A stretch of 64,000 nucleotides of DNA from Camelus dromedarius (lineage: Eukaryota), in NCBI RefSeq assembly GCF_036321535.1, contig NC_087436.1:117430001-117494000 (forward strand). Direction: 5' to 3'. Within the stretch, counting starts at the first letter, position 1; every line of letters begins with the position of its first letter. The position numbers were made by a program, and so were the translations under genes. The notes beneath the pieces were generated by a model that was not told the origin of the DNA, did not search any database, and was given only the letters and a program-made list of their open reading frames with translations. Shown here piece by piece: positions 60,379 through 64,000 of this stretch.

Positions 60379-61031
60379 GAAAATGTTTCGGTGGCTCTGG
60401 GGACCTCCGCAGGCACGTCCGCACTCACACCGGGGAGAAGCCGTACACGTGTGACGTCTGCAGCAAGTGCTTCACGCGCTCGGCCGTGCTGCGGCGGCAC
60501 CGGAAGATGCACTGCCGAGCGGACGACGCGGGGCTCGCGCCGCCCATCGCCCCCTCGGAGCCTGGGAAACCTCAGAGCGCAGACTCCTTTTCCCAAGACG
60601 TGTCTGTGACTTTGATGCCCGTGTCCGTTAAGCTCCCCGTCCACCCAGTGGAAGAAGAGCCAGCGACTGAATTCGACAGCCACTCTGCCGGCTCCTACTG
60701 TAAGTTCCGGCCCACGGTGCAGCCTCACGGAGTCGGTGACCAGGAGAGGCTCAGCTTGGATCCGGCTAAAGCCGCCAAGCCCCCGCTGCCGCAGGCGCAG
60801 CCTCAGGCTTACGCTTACGCGGACGTGGCCGGCGCCGAGCCCCTGCAGGCCGACGGCATGGCCATGATCCGCTCCTCGCTGGCCGCGCTGGACCAGCACT
60901 GCGGGGACCCCCTGGGCAGCCGCACCGCGGCCCCCGCGCACAGGAACTCGGACGGACAGTTCTTCTCCAGCATGACCCTCTGGGGGCTGGCAATGAAGAC
61001 GCTGCAGAATGAGAGCGAGCTGGACCAGTGA
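60379..61031 (+). CDS. ZBTB49: ZBTB49 last coding exon (end of ZF6, ZF7, C-terminal tail)
   Basis: tttttcttcctccag|; encodes (G)[45 protein letters not shown]...[24 protein letters not shown]; 653 nt. Spliced CDS totals 2274 nt = 757 aa plus stop. Confidence 0.97.
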
Positions 61032-61465
61032 CGTCCTGCGGCGGCGCCGCCTCGGTGCAGACCTCTCAGAGCTTCAGGAACAAGCCGTCCCCAGTTGCCT
61101 TCCTAACCGGCCCGAGAGCGGTCGGACCGCTTCCCTCCTGGTGGGGGCTGATAACCAGAAGCATCCCCAGCTCAAGATTTGGGAAGGAAGGCCCCCTGGA
61201 CCTTCGTGGAAGCAGACACGAGACAGCACAGCTTGTGTCACAGAAGCCAAAGGCTTGAGAGACCGTTTCATGCTTCAGTGAGCACGACGGCGTGGACTCT
61301 GGGTAACTACTGTGCGTTTGGTCATGATAAAGGGAAAATATATATATATATCACAATACAGATGTTATTTTTGCATTTTTATATGATTGAAATTTGTAGC
61401 ATTTTGTATTTTTATTTACAAAAAGATTTTATTTGTATAGGAAACTCATACTATAATTTAATTTG

Positions 61466-61471
61466 AATAAA
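61466..61471 (+). terminator. ZBTB49: ZBTB49 polyadenylation signal AATAAA
   Basis: Canonical hexamer about 435 nt after the stop, with a U-rich upstream region and a GU/U-rich downstream element (attgtgtttcc). Confidence 0.75.
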
Positions 61472-62329
61472 TGAAAGTTGCCTTTCTATATAATATTGTG
61501 TTTCCTCCAACATTTTTTATTAATCTGAAGACCATAGTGGTACAAAGAAGATAGCCATCACCAACAGGCGCCCTTGCAAGGACAAGTACCGGCTCAGTTC
61601 TGCCGCCCTGGACAGAGGACTTTCGGAGCCCAGAGCAGAGCCTGAACCCTGGCCGCCACCTCCTGGTGAGCTCGTGGGCAAGCTACTCCACCTCTCAGAA
61701 CCTTCTCTGGGTTTGCTTTTCTGCAGCATGAGATAAATAGCTTTCAGCATTCTTACAAGGCTCGAATGATCTCATCCACTTGAAAATACCTGCCCAGGTC
61801 TGGTTGCTGGACAGAGCTCCTGAGCCTGCTCCTCCTCTCAGCCGCCCAGTGGACCTGCTGGCCTCTGTGGGGCCATGGGTCGTGTCCACAGCACTGTCGC
61901 TGGAATGGCAAAGTGAGATCCAGGGCAGAAAATGCGGTTACCCTTGTGGACAGCAGAAGTCACTGGTCCAGAGAACTGTTTGCAGAGGACCGGAGTGTGT
62001 AAGGGCACCTCCAATCCTGCCGGCATCAGTCCTAGCTCAGAAATAGACAGCCAGCAAGAGACACGGGCAGGGCAGGATTTTCTTGGAAAAACCATGGTTG
62101 CAGACCAGGAGGTCAGCTGTGAAGTCAGATTCAGGTGCAACTCCTGGTGTTCCCAATCATTCAGGGCACTGCAGTCCACAAAGCCGGGGCAGCGAGCACC
62201 TACTGTCCCTGCCCTAAAGATGGGGGAGCCCAAGGTCCCACGGGTTTGCTGACCTGCACAGGGACGTGCAGCTGTGGGCGAGGCCCGAGGTCTCAGGGGC
62301 GTGCCTGGCAGTGAACTTGATGCCTGGTA

Positions 62330-63690
62330 GTTGCACATGGATGGTCATTTCTTTCCATCTTCCCACTTGTCCTCTTTCTCATCCCCACTCCGGCTCTTTC
62401 CAGCTCCTCCCTCCAGTATCCTGACCTCACCAACCCTTCAACCCCACTGGGACCCACGGTCCATTGGTCAGCTCATCTTTTCACAGCCTCTCGTGTCCCT
62501 GTCCACCTCCTTCCCGGGCTAAGCCCCATGGGCCATCTTGCCATGATCTGCCCTCTGGCCTCTTTATCAAGCTTACCTGGTAAACCTCCACCTGCCCTCT
62601 GCTCCTCTATGTCGGTCACTGAGCCAGGCTGGTGAGAAGCCATCCTCTGGTTTCTCCTGCAGCTCCTGGTGAGCCCTGGGTCTGTCCTGCCTCCCTCCTC
62701 GTTCTCTGGACCCTGTGCTGTCCTGAATGACTGTCTCTGTCCTCACTGTGTTCTCCAGCCTCTCTACCTCCCCGCCTCCTCCCCCGCTCAGGACCTTGCT
62801 TCCTATTTCTCTGCAGACGCAGAAGCAAACAGAAAGGATCCCTCAGCCTTCCCCCACACCTGCCAAATCCCTGTGCTTGTGCCTATAGATTGCACCCCCA
62901 CCTACCTGCAGCCTCTCCCACCCCAGCCCACTCCCTCCAGCTTTGTTTTTCTCATTAGGACTTTCTACTGTCAAACCTACTATAGATTTCATTTGTTTCC
63001 CCACCAGGATGTACGCCCCCGAGGTTTTTGTCTCTTGTTCACTGCTCTGTCCCCAGTGCCTGGACAGTGCCTGGCATTTACTAGATCTTCAGTAAATAAC
63101 AGTCAAAGCAATGTTCTTTCAGTCAAAATAGTGGACCTCCTGGATTGATCCTCTAATTTCCTTTTCTCGCTGGCACCCTGTTCGAGCAGATGACTTCTGT
63201 CCCCACTACTCCACTGAAACCCTTTTTGCCCAGATCTCCACTGATGGCCCAGCGGTGGTTCTCGGTCCCCACCTCAGCTGACTCCTGGGCAGTGCTGATA
63301 GCTCAGCAGTGAAGTGACTCTTCCTCCGGGAGACAAGAGCCGGGGCCTCCTGGAGGCCCGCTCGTTCTGGGCTTCCCCTCACCTTGCTGACTGCTCATCT
63401 CAGCTTCCTGTTCCCCTCCTCATGCAGGAGTCGGGGTGCCCCAGAGCACAGGCCTGCAACCGGCCCCATCCTTGCTCTCCCTCGGCCGTCCCTCCCGAAC
63501 TTGTGTCTGCCCCAGGCCTCTCCCCAGACTCTAGAACCCCTCCCCTTACCTGAATGGCCAGCAGACATCTCAGACAGAACATTTTCAAAACCAAGCACCT
63601 CATCCTCTCCCCCGCTCTGGCCCACCTCATTAAATGGCAACCCCATTTGTCCAGTGGCTCAGACCAAACCCCTGAAGAGTTCCTGCCCCC
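62330..63690 (+). mobile_element. L2 fragments, including an L2 3' end at about 62900-63110
   Basis: Pyrimidine-rich L2 body motifs (ccactactccactgaaac, aaatggcaaccccatttgtccagtggctcagaccaaa) and the 3' end tcttgttcactgctctgtccccagtgcctggacagtgcctggca. Confidence 0.65.
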
Positions 63691-64000
63691 ATCAGTAAAC
63701 GTCTACAGTGTGCCTCCTGTCACCTGGGTTCTGCCCATGGCCCGAAGAGTGGGATGTGCCCAGGCGGAAGTAAATCTTGACGAGGACAGTAATGTGTTCT
63801 TGTAGAGGCAAAGTTTAGGGAAAAATGAAAACCAAAGCTTTTAAATGTGTATCTCCTGCCTCTTTCCTTTCTCCCTTTATTACTCTGCCCTAAAGCCTTA
63901 ACCTAAATAAGGCAAAGCTTAGAAGTGGTGAAAAGGAAGTGTGTGACTGTGCTCTTGGATGGAAGATTCTCTTGCAGTGGGCCACGCCTTGACTTTGTGG

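Noticed and set aside
60288..60941. 217-aa antisense ORF over the last ZBTB49 exon
   Set aside because: Shadow ORF of a GC3-rich coding exon; no independent evidence
1..64000. CRISPR arrays, operons or other prokaryote-type systems
   Set aside because: The sequence is clearly mammalian (spliced genes, SINE/LINE content) and no repeat-spacer array was seen

Overview
Mammalian genomic DNA, most likely from a camelid: it carries several tRNA-Ala-derived, Vic-1-like SINEs and artiodactyl-type L1 3' ends. The window holds the conserved TMEM128-LYAR-ZBTB49 gene cluster. TMEM128 (- strand) is partial: coding exons 1-2 are present and the rest lies left of the window. LYAR (- strand) is complete, with 8 coding exons giving 388 aa (CDS 28422->16674). 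ZBTB49/ZNF509 (+ strand) is complete, with 7 coding exons giving 757 aa, a BTB domain and 7 C2H2 fingers (CDS 40742->61031). LYAR and ZBTB49 are head-to-head across one CpG island at about 33.2-34.0 kb. All coding exon boundaries were read by hand, have GT-AG ends and keep phase. The rest is ordinary interspersed repeats (SINE, L1, L2, MIR, MaLR/ERV LTRs, Tigger/hAT fossils); repeat family names are from recalled consensus sequences, not a database search. I found no convincing new multi-gene system. The best second-look items are: a CpG-dense intronic patch with pseudoknot-like complementarity (52.35-52.43 kb); an identical ETS-CRE motif in both CpG-island promoters; an overlapping out-of-frame uORF at the ZBTB49 start; a tail-less internal L1 fragment inside a MITE arm; a sense L1 with a poly(A) signal just before the last ZBTB49 exon; and a near-perfect 250-bp tandem duplication.
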